A DNA stretch of 64,000 nt, taken from contig CAZFRF010000001.1 of NCBI GenBank assembly GCA_964521295.1, positions 7,751 to 71,750 on the forward strand. Direction: 5' to 3'. Shown here piece after piece: positions 27,644 through 37,576 of this stretch. A program made the translations under genes and the position numbers. Source of the DNA: an uncultured Gammaproteobacteria bacterium. GTDB taxonomy: Bacteria > Patescibacteriota > Microgenomatia > Levybacterales > UBA12049. A model generated the notes under the pieces. That model saw only the letters and a list, made by a program, of their open reading frames with translations. It searched no databases and was not told where the DNA came from. How positions within the stretch are numbered: the first letter of the stretch is position 1; each line of letters begins with the position of its first letter.

Positions 27644-28318
27644 AAACTCAATTACTTTTTGAATATTTCCCTCCAAACTTTCTAATAATAAATCTGGATT
27701 TTCTTTTTGTAAATCTTCATAGCTAAATTTTCCCGTAGCAATAGCGATAACTTTTATGCCAGCTTCTCGTGCGCAGAGAATATCTTTTGGAGTGTCGCCA
27801 ATAATTACAAAATCATCAGTTTGATATTCTTTATTAAATTTTTTACTCGCATTTTCTCTAGCTATTTCAACAAGTTCTGATCTCACATGCGCTTGACTAC
27901 CAAATGCTCCGAAAGAAATGTAATCTTTTAGGCCAACACTGTCTAATTTAATCCAAGCAAGTCCCTCAACGTTTCCGGTTAAAACCCCCATAGGGGTATT
28001 ATGATTTTTAATTTCTTTAAGTAGATCAAAAACGCCAGGTAAAACATCAAGTTTAATTTCTAATTTATTAGTTTCAGCATATTCAATAACCGCTTGAATT
28101 TCTTGGGGAAGTTTTTCTAATATTTGTTCTTCGGTTAACCCATGTAGTTTTAAAACTTCAACAACTATTTGATTATCAACCATTCCTTCTGGATCTATTT
28201 CAGAATGATATGCATCAATTCCATAGGCTTTTTTAACTCCGTAATGAAAAGCATCTCTATTAATACCGCTACCGGTTTTAACAAGAGTTCCATCAATATC
28301 AAATAAAGGAATTTTCAT
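27629..28318 (-). CDS. HAD-family hydrolase (phosphoglycolate-phosphatase-like)
   Basis: LFDIDGTL, LTGN, IGDTPKD. Confidence 0.9.
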   Translation of the reverse strand: MKIPLFDIDGTLVKTGSGINRDAFHYGVKKAYGIDAYHSEIDPEGMVDNQIVVEVLKLHGLTEEQILEKLPQEIQAVIEYAETNKLEIKLDVLPGVFDLLKEIKNHNTPMGVLTGNVEGLAWIKLDSVGLKDYISFGAFGSQAHVRSELVEIARENASKKFNKEYQTDDFVIIGDTPKDILCAREAGIKVIAIATGKFSYEDLQKENPDLLLESLEGNIQKVIEFLNNY

Positions 28319-28983
28319 TTTATAAAATATTCTCTAGGCTCGTAAAAATTTGGATCATTGAGCATTTCTGTAATTAAACTTAAGGCAGGTTTAAATGGAA
28401 TTGCGGAGTAATTATCACATATGGAGTTAAATGTTTGTTCAACATGCATACCCTCTGATTTTTGTTTCATGGAAGTAATAAAGGTTTTTGCATCCACTAA
28501 GCCAGTCTCTTTATAATATCCGTTAAAGCTATTGTGTAGTCTAATTCCTTTAGCGAGATATTCAATGGCTTCTTGAGAAAGTCTTGTGTCTTTTAAGACT
28601 TCAAAGGCAATGACTGATCCAGCATATTCATGTCCCAAAGCTTGAGTTGTACCATCTGGCTTTTGTTCAAGTATAGGTTTTATTTTTCCATTTTCATTAA
28701 AGCATGTCATTTTTCCAATGTCGTGGATAAGAGCTAATATTTGTAGTAAGATTTCTTTTCTTACGCCGCCTACTGTCTGCTTTAAAAATTCTAAATACTT
28801 TTCTTTAGCTTGGGGATTAGTTATTTTTTCACCTTTTATTTCTATCTTTGCCTTTTCAAACGCTTTTATTAAATGATCATAAACTGATTCATGGTCGTGG
28901 TAAGGATTGTTTTCGATGACATTTTTTAATTTTAAAAACAGGGGAGAAGTAATAATTTTTTGTGAAATTGTCTCAATATCCAT
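28315..28983 (-). CDS. HD-domain phosphohydrolase (CCA-enzyme HD-like)
   Basis: PYHDHESVYDH, IHDIGK, GHEYAG. Start probably ATG 28983 (track 29034). Confidence 0.8.
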   Translation of the reverse strand: MDIETISQKIITSPLFLKLKNVIENNPYHDHESVYDHLIKAFEKAKIEIKGEKITNPQAKEKYLEFLKQTVGGVRKEILLQILALIHDIGKMTCFNENGKIKPILEQKPDGTTQALGHEYAGSVIAFEVLKDTRLSQEAIEYLAKGIRLHNSFNGYYKETGLVDAKTFITSMKQKSEGMHVEQTFNSICDNYSAIPFKPALSLITEMLNDPNFYEPREYFIK

Positions 28984-29032
28984 CTTTGCAAAAGTATACA
29001 ATATTTTTTTAAAAACTGATATACTCATGAAC

Positions 29033-30280
29033 ATGAGATATACATTAGTTTTTCCAAAGACCCAAAAGAATCCACCAAGCGGAGCAGAAGCAGAGAATCA
29101 TAAATTATTAGTAAGAGCTGGTTTTATAGATCAATTAATGGCAGGATCTTTTACTTTGCTTCCTTTGGGTTTTAGAGTCATAACCAAAATAAACAACATA
29201 ATTAGAGATGAGTTGAATAAAACAGGAGCACAAGAGTTATTGATGCCTCTTTTGCATCCAAAAGAAATTTGGGATCAAACTGGTAGATGGTCAGATCCTG
29301 ATGTAAAGCAAATTATGTATCAGTTTAAAGATATTCATGATAAAGAATTTGGTCTTTCTTTTACCCATGAGGAAATAGTCATGAATCTTTTATCTAAATA
29401 TATTCAATCATATAAAGATTTACCAGTTAAGATTTATCATTTTTCAACTAAATTTAGAAATGAACCAAGGGCAAAAAGTGGAATATTAAGAGGAAGAGAA
29501 TTTATGATGAAAGATTTATATAGTGCTCATGTTTCTGAGGAGGATATGTATGCATATTACAATTTAGTTAAAGATGTCTATCCAAAAATCTTTAATAGAA
29601 TTGGACTTGAAGTAAAAGTTGTTGAGGCATCGGGTGGAGTTTTTACAGATAAAAACAGTCATGAATTTCAAACTCTTTCCGAAGTTGGCGAAGATACAAT
29701 TTATTATTGCGATTGTGTCACAGGTTGTGATTGTAATTTTGCTGCCAACAAAGAAATATTTAAAGGAGAAGAGGGGGATAAATGTCCAAATTGTGATGAT
29801 TGTAAGGTTAAATCTGCAAAATCAATTGAAGTTGGAAACATTTTCCCATTAGGCACAAAATATTCCCAAAATATGAATGTTCTGTACACAGATAAAGACG
29901 GAAATAAAAAGCCAATTTGGTTTGCAAGTTATGGGATTGGGCCAACTAGAGTAATGGGAACTTTAGTTGAAGTATTTCATGACGATAAGGGAATTGTTTG
30001 GCCAAAATCAGTTGCTCCATTTGCGGTCCATTTGATTAGTCTAGGTAAAGATGAAGAAGCTGTAAAAATTGAAGAAGAACTTGAAAAATTAGGCATCGAA
30101 GTTTTACTTGATGACAGGGATGTAAATGCAGGTCAGAAATTTTCCGATGCTGATTTAATTGGAATTCCAGTTAGATTAGTTGTGTCTCAAAAAACAGAAG
30201 GAAAGATTGAATATAAAGAAAGAGCAAGTTCTGAATCTGAGCTTTTAACTCTAGAAGAAGTAATAGCTAAATTAAAATAA
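29033..30280 (+). CDS. proS: Proline--tRNA ligase (no editing domain)
   Basis: LLVRAGFI, THEE, KFRNEPR..G.LRGREF.MKD.YS, IEVGNIF, YGIG, anticodon domain. Start probably 29027 or 29033 rather than 28907. Confidence 0.95.
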   Translation: MRYTLVFPKTQKNPPSGAEAENHKLLVRAGFIDQLMAGSFTLLPLGFRVITKINNIIRDELNKTGAQELLMPLLHPKEIWDQTGRWSDPDVKQIMYQFKDIHDKEFGLSFTHEEIVMNLLSKYIQSYKDLPVKIYHFSTKFRNEPRAKSGILRGREFMMKDLYSAHVSEEDMYAYYNLVKDVYPKIFNRIGLEVKVVEASGGVFTDKNSHEFQTLSEVGEDTIYYCDCVTGCDCNFAANKEIFKGEEGDKCPNCDDCKVKSAKSIEVGNIFPLGTKYSQNMNVLYTDKDGNKKPIWFASYGIGPTRVMGTLVEVFHDDKGIVWPKSVAPFAVHLISLGKDEEAVKIEEELEKLGIEVLLDDRDVNAGQKFSDADLIGIPVRLVVSQKTEGKIEYKERASSESELLTLEEVIAKLK

Positions 30281-30697
30281 GCCGAAATATTTAGCCACGA
30301 CGATCGTATAACCTATAAAAAAGATTGTTCCACCGATAATAAGCAAAACTCCCGTTATATTTAAACCCTTCTTTTTTACTTGAGGACTACTAGAAGGAGA
30401 GCTAGTAAATACACTTGAGCTAAGGGTTGGGGCAGGTTCGGTATTTGTGGGGGTAGCTATTGGCTCAGGTTTGGTAACTTCAGGCGTGTAGACTTGAGTT
30501 TGCATTATTGGCGTGTTCTGTTGTTGCGGTGCCTGTGGTAATGGTTCAGTGGGAGTAGTTGGCGTTGTTGCTGCTTGAGTTGGAGGTGGTGGAGGAGGAG
30601 TTTGAGTAGTTTGGCCTGGGGTAAAATTAGAACCCATAATTCTATCATAGGCTGCTTTTAATTTTGGATCTAAATCATTTATGTTTTTAGGATTCAT
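30272..30697 (-). CDS. Pro/Thr-rich protein with a C-terminal TM helix
   Basis: LDPKLKAAYDRIMG N-terminus, low-complexity linker, C-terminal hydrophobic helix. Confidence 0.75.
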   Translation of the reverse strand: MNPKNINDLDPKLKAAYDRIMGSNFTPGQTTQTPPPPPPTQAATTPTTPTEPLPQAPQQQNTPIMQTQVYTPEVTKPEPIATPTNTEPAPTLSSSVFTSSPSSSPQVKKKGLNITGVLLIIGGTIFFIGYTIVVAKYFGLF

Positions 30698-30781
30698 GGG
30701 TTTAGTTTATTATAGCTTTTTTAACTTAAGTTGTGTCAAGTGCTCCTTTAAATCTGAGGCTAAAAAAGGTATAATCTAATT

Positions 30782-31684
30782 ATGAAAATTATTGTTGCAC
30801 ATGCATCTCCAGATATGGATGCTATTACGTCTGTTTGGCTGTTAAAAAGCTTTTTTCCTGGTTGGGAAAAAGCTGAAGTTAAATTTGTTCCAGCTGGTCA
30901 GAGAATGGGTAATTTGACAGAGGATCAGGTTTTGAAATTAACAGATCCAATTGAAAATATTTCTGGCAATGAAGTAATTCATGTTGATACAGGTATGGGA
31001 CCTTTGGATCATCATCAAACTTCTGATACAAAAGTTTGCGCAACTTCTAAAACTTATGACTTCGTAAAACCATATATTATGGGTAAAAGCTCAACAACTC
31101 CAGAAAAAATTGAAGGATTAGAAAGAATTGTTAGATATGTAGTAGATATTGATCATTTTCAGGAAGTATTCAGAGCTGAGCCTTTAGCAAATTATAATAA
31201 TTTTTCAATTGTAGATATTTTAGATGGATTAAAATTACAAAAACCAAATGACGATTTATATTATGTTACCTTTATTAGTCTTTGTTTGGATGCTCTTTTG
31301 CACGATTTAGAGAATAGTGTTTGGGCAGAGTCTGAAATTAAAAATAAGGGAATTGAATTTGAAACAAAATATGGTAAGGGCTTAGGACTTGAATCGATTA
31401 ATGATAACGTAGTTAAGCTGGCACAACTCATGGGATATATTTTGGTTGTGAGAAAAGATCCACGTAAAGGATATGTTCGAATAAAAACTAAACCTGATGC
31501 GGAGGGTCAAAAAGGAATTGATTTAACTTTGGCTTCTGAAAAGCTAAAGAAAATGGATCCAAATGCAACATGGTTTTTACATGTTTCCAAGAAAATGCTT
31601 TTGAACGGAACACCAAAGAATCCTAAAATGAGGCCTACGAAATTAACATTAGCTGAAATTATTGATGTATTAAAAGGAGTGTAA
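30782..31684 (+). CDS. DHH-like phosphoesterase family protein
   Basis: H..PDMDA, VDTG.G..DHHQ motifs. Confidence 0.65.
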   Translation: MKIIVAHASPDMDAITSVWLLKSFFPGWEKAEVKFVPAGQRMGNLTEDQVLKLTDPIENISGNEVIHVDTGMGPLDHHQTSDTKVCATSKTYDFVKPYIMGKSSTTPEKIEGLERIVRYVVDIDHFQEVFRAEPLANYNNFSIVDILDGLKLQKPNDDLYYVTFISLCLDALLHDLENSVWAESEIKNKGIEFETKYGKGLGLESINDNVVKLAQLMGYILVVRKDPRKGYVRIKTKPDAEGQKGIDLTLASEKLKKMDPNATWFLHVSKKMLLNGTPKNPKMRPTKLTLAEIIDVLKGV

Positions 31685-31686
31685 TT

Positions 31687-32091
31687 ATGGATAATTGTAT
31701 TTTTTGTAAATTAGTTAACCGAGAAATACCCTCTCTTAAAGTGTATGAAGATAGCGAGACTGTTTCATTTATGGAGCTAAATCCATCTGCGTCAGGACAT
31801 GTAATGGTAATTTTAAAAAAACATGGCAAAAGTATTTTAGATTATACTCAAGATGAACTTGGCAAATTAATGAGTTCAGTTTCAATACTTTCTCAAAAAA
31901 TTCAAACAGCTTTAAATTCTGATTCAATAACAATTGGCATAAATCATCTGGAAAAAAAAGGCGTACCACATTTACATGTTCATTTAATTCCAAGATGGGA
32001 AAATGATAAGGGTGGAGTAATTCAAAGTATAGTAGATAATAAAAGTGATAAAACTAGAGAAGAGATTGCTGAAATGTTAAAAAAAGCGTAA
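31687..32091 (+). CDS. HIT-family nucleotide hydrolase
   Basis: CIFC, HLHVHLIPR. Confidence 0.93.
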   Translation: MDNCIFCKLVNREIPSLKVYEDSETVSFMELNPSASGHVMVILKKHGKSILDYTQDELGKLMSSVSILSQKIQTALNSDSITIGINHLEKKGVPHLHVHLIPRWENDKGGVIQSIVDNKSDKTREEIAEMLKKA

Positions 32092-32128
32092 AATGTTTTA
32101 GATATTTTAAAGGAGGTGTTTATTTATT

Positions 32129-32314
32129 ATGGTAGTAGTTAAAAAACAACCAGGAGATAGCGACGAAACTTTAATTAGAAAATTTTCTAGAAAAGTTATG
32201 TCTGAGGGAATCTTACAAGAAGCAAAAAGAAGAGAATTTTATCTTAAACCCTCTCAAGCTCGTAAGCAAAAAGAGCAAGATGAGAGAAGAGCTAAGAGAA
32301 TACCCACAGTCTAA
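32129..32314 (+). CDS. rpsU: 30S ribosomal protein S21
   Basis: LIRKFSRKV..EGIL.E.KRREFY.KPS; AAGGAGGTG upstream. Confidence 0.92.
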   Translation: MVVVKKQPGDSDETLIRKFSRKVMSEGILQEAKRREFYLKPSQARKQKEQDERRAKRIPTV

Positions 32315-32319
32315 TTTTT

Positions 32320-32709
32320 ATGGATAAAAAAGTTTCCGTTTTAATCTTTGTTGAAAGTAGATACAAAGTTAATAGAAAAAGAATTAAACAAACTGTTGAA
32401 AAAGTAATTTCTAGAAATGAAGTTACGGGACCAGTTGAGGTTTCTGTTGCAATTGTTGGCGATCGTAAAATGCGTGAGCTCTCCAAAAAATATAAAGGAG
32501 AAGACAAGACTAGAAACATATTATCTTTTTCTCAATCTGAGGGGGATGTGATTGAAGCACCAAAAGATAAATTAAGACTTGGAGATATTGTACTTTCATA
32601 TCCAGTTGTAATACTTGATGCAGTCAGAGATGAAATGCTAGTTGATGATAAAGTAGATCAATTAGTTGAACATGGTTTGGAGCATTTACTAGGATTACAT
32701 CACGAGTAG
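32320..32709 (+). CDS. ybeY: rRNA maturation endoribonuclease YbeY
   Basis: NILSF, LGDIVLS, HGLEHLLGLHH. Confidence 0.92.
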   Translation: MDKKVSVLIFVESRYKVNRKRIKQTVEKVISRNEVTGPVEVSVAIVGDRKMRELSKKYKGEDKTRNILSFSQSEGDVIEAPKDKLRLGDIVLSYPVVILDAVRDEMLVDDKVDQLVEHGLEHLLGLHHE

Positions 32710-32716
32710 TAAAGTT

Positions 32717-34144
32717 ATGGTTTTTTACCGAAAATACAGGCCTCAAAAGATTTCAGATTTAGACAGTAAAGCTGTAAGAGACAGTTTGTATTCTATTTTT
32801 TCTAAAAGAGATTTTCCTCATGCGTTTTTGTTTTCTGGTCCTAAGGGGTTAGGTAAGACATCAACTGCTAGGATTGTTGCTAAGGTTATTAATTGTGAAA
32901 AACATAAAGATCTAAAAGGAAAGCTTGAGGAAAAAGATATTGAGCCATGTAATAAGTGTAGCGAATGTGAAACCATTACTAATGGTAATAATTTTGATGT
33001 ATTTGAGATCGATGGTGCGTCAAACAGGGGAATTGATGAGATTAGAGATTTAAAAGAAAAAATTAATTTACTTCCTAGTAAAGCATTCAAGAAAATATAC
33101 ATTATTGATGAGGTTCACATGTTAACAACTGAGGCATTTAATGCATTATTAAAAACCTTAGAAGAGCCTCCGGCTCATGCAGTCTTTATTCTTTGTACGA
33201 CAGAGTTTCATAAATTACCAGAAACCATTATTTCTCGATGTTTCAGGATCGATTTTAAGAAAGCAACTCATGAAGAAATAGCTAGAAGTTTACAGAGAAT
33301 AGTAAAGGGCGAGGAAATAAAAATTGATGAGGATGTGCTTTTAGAAATTGCGAAAATGGCAGATGGAAGTTTTAGAGACAGCTCGAAAATTTTAGAAGAA
33401 TTAGCGATTTGGGCTGGAGAAAAGAAAGTTACCCTTGCTTTACTTGAAGAAAAATACAACATGTTGGGGATTGATAAGACTCTAAGCGATTTCGTAAATC
33501 TCCTAAAATTAAAAGACGCTAAAAAAACTCTTGAATTAATTGGAAAAATTGCAGATTCAGGAATGGATTTTAAATTTTTTGTTGAGAATCTAATAAATAA
33601 ACTACATGTCTTACTTTTAGCTAAACATGGAGTAGGAGAAAAGCAGGAAACAGAATTAGAGGTTTTGGAAATTAAGAAAATTTTAGAAAATCTTTCAAAA
33701 GTATATTTAGAAATAAAATCTGCAGTTTTACCTCAGCTTCCACTAGAAATTTTTATTGTTGAATGGATGAGTACAGATTTGTCGGCAGCAACAAAAGTAG
33801 AGGTTGAAGAAACTGTGGAAAAAGCTAAGACCGAAATGAAAACGGAAATTATAAGACAAACAGACTCGAAAGCAGAAGTTAAAAAAGAAAACTCAACAGT
33901 ATCTAAGTCAGGTAGTTTTGCTAGTGATTTTATTAATGAAGTTAAAAATCATAATCATTTACTTGCTGGCGTTTTGAGAAGTTGTGAGGTTGAGAGTGGC
34001 AAGGACAACTTAGTGCAAATTTCTGCAATTTCTAAATTTCACAAAGAGAAGCTTGAAGAAGAGAAATCTATTATAATATTACAGGAAGTAGCTGAAAAGC
34101 TAACGGGAGTAAGACAACAAATATCTATTGTTTTAAGGGGGTGA
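32717..34144 (+). CDS. dnaX: DNA polymerase III subunit gamma/tau
   Basis: YRKYRP, GPKGLGKTS, zinc Cys cluster, IDEVHML, ISRC. Confidence 0.96.
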   Translation: MVFYRKYRPQKISDLDSKAVRDSLYSIFSKRDFPHAFLFSGPKGLGKTSTARIVAKVINCEKHKDLKGKLEEKDIEPCNKCSECETITNGNNFDVFEIDGASNRGIDEIRDLKEKINLLPSKAFKKIYIIDEVHMLTTEAFNALLKTLEEPPAHAVFILCTTEFHKLPETIISRCFRIDFKKATHEEIARSLQRIVKGEEIKIDEDVLLEIAKMADGSFRDSSKILEELAIWAGEKKVTLALLEEKYNMLGIDKTLSDFVNLLKLKDAKKTLELIGKIADSGMDFKFFVENLINKLHVLLLAKHGVGEKQETELEVLEIKKILENLSKVYLEIKSAVLPQLPLEIFIVEWMSTDLSAATKVEVEETVEKAKTEMKTEIIRQTDSKAEVKKENSTVSKSGSFASDFINEVKNHNHLLAGVLRSCEVESGKDNLVQISAISKFHKEKLEEEKSIIILQEVAEKLTGVRQQISIVLRG

Positions 34145-34150
34145 ATTTTA

Positions 34151-34432
34151 ATGAATAATCCATTTTCACAATTAGGAGAGCTTAAGAAAATGCGTGATCA
34201 GGCTATGCAAATTCAAAAGCAATTACAAGCTGAAGAAGTAACTGTTGAAAAAAACGGTGTTAACATCGTTATCACTGGGGATCAGAAAATTAAAGAAATT
34301 CAAACCAATGGTAAATCAGACAACGACATCAAGGAAGCAGTGAACGAAGCGATCAAAAAATCTCAAGAAGTTGCTGCTAGGAAACTTGCTACGATGCAGG
34401 GAGGTTTAGGGGGGCTTTTGGGAGGACAATAA
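34151..34432 (+). CDS. ybaB: YbaB/EbfC nucleoid-associated protein
   Basis: Lies between dnaX and recR; Q..L...V......V.I.G....I pattern. Confidence 0.88.
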   Translation: MNNPFSQLGELKKMRDQAMQIQKQLQAEEVTVEKNGVNIVITGDQKIKEIQTNGKSDNDIKEAVNEAIKKSQEVAARKLATMQGGLGGLLGGQ

Positions 34433-35040
34433 TGCAAATTCCCAAAACGATCCAAAAGCTGATTGAATCATTTGAAAAGTTACCAGGCGTTGGTCCAAAG
34501 ACCGCGCAAAGATTAACTTTTTATTTGTTGCATGTTCCTCAAGAGCAATTAGAAGAATTTGCTTATGCTCTTTCTAATTTAAAAAGAAATACAATTCTTT
34601 GCAGTAATTGCTATATGATTGATGAATCAGATCCATGTAGTATTTGTTCAAATGCTGATCGAGATCAAAGTTTAATTTGCGTAGTCGAGCAGCCCTTAGA
34701 CGTCTTAGCTCTAGAAAAAAATGGTAGATATAAAGGGATTTACCATGTTTTACATGGTAAAATTGATCCTTTAAATAATATTGGACCAGAAGAGATATTT
34801 ATTGGCCAACTAATGGCAAGATTAAAAAGAAAAGGTGAAGTAGTTAAGGAAATAATTTTAGCTACAAATCCAACTATGGAGGGTGAGGCAACCGCGATGT
34901 ATATAGCCAAACAAATAAGAAGTCTAAATCCAGATTTAAGAGTTACTAGAATTGGTAGAGGGCTTCCAGTTGGAGCAGATTTAGAGTATGCTGATGATAT
35001 AACTTTGCAAAGAGCAATGGAAGGAAGAAGCGAAATATAA
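34432..35040 (+). CDS. recR: Recombination mediator RecR
   Basis: LPGVGPKTAQRL, C4 zinc finger, ATNPTMEGEATA. Confidence 0.97.
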   Translation: MQIPKTIQKLIESFEKLPGVGPKTAQRLTFYLLHVPQEQLEEFAYALSNLKRNTILCSNCYMIDESDPCSICSNADRDQSLICVVEQPLDVLALEKNGRYKGIYHVLHGKIDPLNNIGPEEIFIGQLMARLKRKGEVVKEIILATNPTMEGEATAMYIAKQIRSLNPDLRVTRIGRGLPVGADLEYADDITLQRAMEGRSEI

Positions 35041-35552
35041 TGATAGATCCAAATAGTCAATTAGGGGAGCTTTTAGAACAAGGGCAGCAAGTTGCCCAAA
35101 CTCAAACTCAAGATGTAGTTCAAAGATTGAGGGGACAAGTTATTGGTTCAACTCTAAAGCAAGCCTCTTCACAAGTACAAACCCCAAGTAATTTTGAACC
35201 GGCAGGTAAAGGAGATGATCATGAATCAGCGCAAAGAACACAGGAGATGGTAAGAGATTTTTATGCACCATCTGAAGATCAGCTAGATCCCGCGCCGCAT
35301 GATGCTAATAAAGATGCTGAGCATTTATCCAATATCAGAAAGCAATTAGGGGAGATGCACAGGGCAACATATTATGATCCACTTTTTGCTCATGAAACAA
35401 GAAAAGAGTCAACAATAAAAGAAGAGCAAGAAGCAGAAGAAAAGCAGCAAAAAATGCAGGATTTAGAATTTCAAAAAGCTAAAGATGATCAAGCTTTTGC
35501 AGTTCAATTAGCAGCCCAGAAAACAGAGAGATTCCCAGGTATAAGTGGTTAA
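35040..35552 (+). CDS. Hypothetical Gln/Glu-rich protein
   Basis: 170-aa ORF coupled to recR and cysS. Confidence 0.7.
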   Translation: MIDPNSQLGELLEQGQQVAQTQTQDVVQRLRGQVIGSTLKQASSQVQTPSNFEPAGKGDDHESAQRTQEMVRDFYAPSEDQLDPAPHDANKDAEHLSNIRKQLGEMHRATYYDPLFAHETRKESTIKEEQEAEEKQQKMQDLEFQKAKDDQAFAVQLAAQKTERFPGISG

Positions 35553-35553
35553 T

Positions 35554-36882
35554 ATGTTAAAAATATATAATACATTATCGCATTTAGTAGAAGAATTTAA
35601 GCCTATAAACGCTTCACAAGTTGGTATGTATTCCTGTGGTCCCACGGTATACGATTTTGCGCACATAGGTCATATGCGTACCTATGTAGGAACAGATATA
35701 TTAATTAGTGTATTAAAAGCAAATGGTTTCGTAGTAAAACCAGTAATGAATATTACTGATGTAGGACATTTAACTTCTGATGCTGATACAGGGGAAGATA
35801 AAATGGAAAAAGGCGCTAAAAAATTTGGCATGAGCGTTTGGGATATAGCTAAAAAATTTGAGGCACAATTTAAGGATTCATGTAAGCTTTTAAATATAAC
35901 TTTACCCAAAGATTTAATGCATGCAACAGATTATATTCCGGAGCAAATTGAATTAGTTAAGAAGTTAGAGGAAAAAGGTTTTACATATCAAACAGCCGAT
36001 GGAATATATTTTGATACTTCAAAATTTGCAGATTATTTTAAGCTTTCTAGACAAAATCCTGATGAATTAAAAGGTGGAATAAGAGTCGATTTGGGAGATA
36101 AAAAGAATATTACTGATTTTGCATTATGGAAATTTTCTCCACAAGGAGAAAAACGTCAGATGGAATGGGATAGTCCTTGGGGAGTAGGTTTTCCTGGATG
36201 GCACATTGAATGTTCTGCTATGAGTATGAAGGCATTAGGAGAGTCTTTTGATATCCATACGGGTGGAGTAGATCATATTAATATTCACCACACAAATGAA
36301 ATTGCTCAGTCAGAGGCAGTAACTGGAAAAAGGTTTGTAAATTATTGGGTGCATTATAATCATTTATTAGTCGAAGGCGAAAAGATGAGTAAGAGCTTAG
36401 GTAATATTTATACTGCAGAGGATATAGTTACTAAAGGATTTGATCCTTTAAGCTTAAGATATTTATTTTTACAGACTCATTATAGGCAAGAAATGAATTT
36501 TACTTGGGATGCTTTAAAAGCAGCGCAAACTGCTTTAAACAAATTAAGAATTGAATATTACAAATTAACTTCTGGAAAAATTAATAATGAATTTAAAGAT
36601 AATTTTTTAGCTGCTGTTAATGATGATCTAAATTTAGCAAAAGCATTAGCTTTAATTTGGGAAGAAATAAAAAAAGGAACTACTAGAGAAACAATAGGTT
36701 TTGCAGATGATGTGTTGGGCCTAAGGTTAGCAGAATATAAACCACTGGTTTTAGAATATCCCAAAGAAATCCAAATGCTGTTAGAAAAAAGAGAAGAATT
36801 AAGAAAACAAAAAAACTATGAAGAATCAGATAAGATTAGAGATGAGATAATAAAGCTTGGATACGAAGTAAAAGATAATTAA
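35554..36882 (+). CDS. cysS: Cysteine--tRNA ligase
   Basis: [25 protein letters not shown]. Confidence 0.97.
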   Translation: MLKIYNTLSHLVEEFKPINASQVGMYSCGPTVYDFAHIGHMRTYVGTDILISVLKANGFVVKPVMNITDVGHLTSDADTGEDKMEKGAKKFGMSVWDIAKKFEAQFKDSCKLLNITLPKDLMHATDYIPEQIELVKKLEEKGFTYQTADGIYFDTSKFADYFKLSRQNPDELKGGIRVDLGDKKNITDFALWKFSPQGEKRQMEWDSPWGVGFPGWHIECSAMSMKALGESFDIHTGGVDHINIHHTNEIAQSEAVTGKRFVNYWVHYNHLLVEGEKMSKSLGNIYTAEDIVTKGFDPLSLRYLFLQTHYRQEMNFTWDALKAAQTALNKLRIEYYKLTSGKINNEFKDNFLAAVNDDLNLAKALALIWEEIKKGTTRETIGFADDVLGLRLAEYKPLVLEYPKEIQMLLEKREELRKQKNYEESDKIRDEIIKLGYEVKDN

Positions 36883-36883
36883 T

Positions 36884-37108
36884 TTATCTCTTTTTAGCTG
36901 GAATTGGGGAATTGCTTCCGTCTGGATAGGGAACATGGCCACGTCTTGGTTTAAAACCTCTTCTTATAAAATCGTCAACCTGACTTAAAATGCCACTAGG
37001 ATGTCTTCCTGCTCTTGCTTCAACTATTTCCTCTGCGCTATTTTCTGCTTGTGTGCCTGGTTTTATTGGGGATACTCTTTGGTCTGGTCCTAGATGATTT
37101 TCTGCCAT
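36884..37108 (-). CDS. Small hypothetical protein
   Basis: 74-aa ORF; ATG 1 nt after the upstream stop; fills the gap up to the cysS stop. Confidence 0.6.
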   Translation of the reverse strand: MAENHLGPDQRVSPIKPGTQAENSAEEIVEARAGRHPSGILSQVDDFIRRGFKPRRGHVPYPDGSNSPIPAKKR

Positions 37109-37109
37109 A

Positions 37110-37298
37110 TTAATTTAAGATTTTTCGTGCAATGATTGCGTGTTTTCTTAGAATTTCTCTTTCGTGGTTTGGGTCATTTGGATTTGTTACTCTTGCTGTA
37201 ATTATTCTTGGGGATTCTGAGGTAGAGGAAAAGGAGGGCTTGGAAATCTTGCCCTTATTAATTTTTCCAAAAATAATACCTTTGACAACGTCAACCAT
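37110..37298 (-). CDS. Small hypothetical protein
   Basis: Promoter TTGACA-N17-TACCCT places the start at ATG 37298 (MVDVVKG...; track 37316). Confidence 0.55.
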   Translation of the reverse strand: MVDVVKGIIFGKINKGKISKPSFSSTSESPRIITARVTNPNDPNHEREILRKHAIIARKILN

Positions 37299-37411
37299 AT
37301 CCTTAGGGTAGTACATGATCTAATTTATGTCAACCCACTAAAATATTCATTGACAAAAGATATAAGTATGTGAGCATAATAAATTAGATAGAAAAAGGGA
37401 GGTGAATTATA

Positions 37412-37567
37412 ATGGCAAAAGCAAAAAAAGCAAAAAAACCAGTTAAAAAAGCTACAAGAGCAGTTTCTAAAAAGAAGCCTTTAGTTGAATATAATTCACT
37501 TACATTTTTATTATTCTTAGCATTTATTTTAGCAATGTCCCTTCTTTTGGTTGCGAAAATAATATAA
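37412..37567 (+). CDS. 51-aa Lys/Ala-rich microprotein with a C-terminal TM helix
   Basis: Absent from the track. Strong SD GGGAGGTGA; MAKAKKAKKPVKKATRAVSKKKPLVEYNSLTFLLFLAFILAMSLLLVAKII*. Confidence 0.8.
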   Translation: MAKAKKAKKPVKKATRAVSKKKPLVEYNSLTFLLFLAFILAMSLLLVAKII

Positions 37568-37576
37568 AATTAATGT

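Noticed and set aside
28907-29034. Apparent 128-nt head-to-head overlap of proS and the HD gene
   Set aside because: Artefact of the longest-ORF start choice. The likely starts (28983 minus, 29027/29033 plus) leave a short divergent promoter gap.
30480-30620. Pro/Thr/Gln low-complexity DNA repeats
   Set aside because: They encode a disordered linker and are not a regular tandem repeat or array.
33875-33895. Possible dnaX -1 frameshift site (AAAAAAG)
   Set aside because: The run is read GTT AAA AAA GAA, not in the A_AAA_AAG phase, and no downstream stimulatory hairpin is evident.
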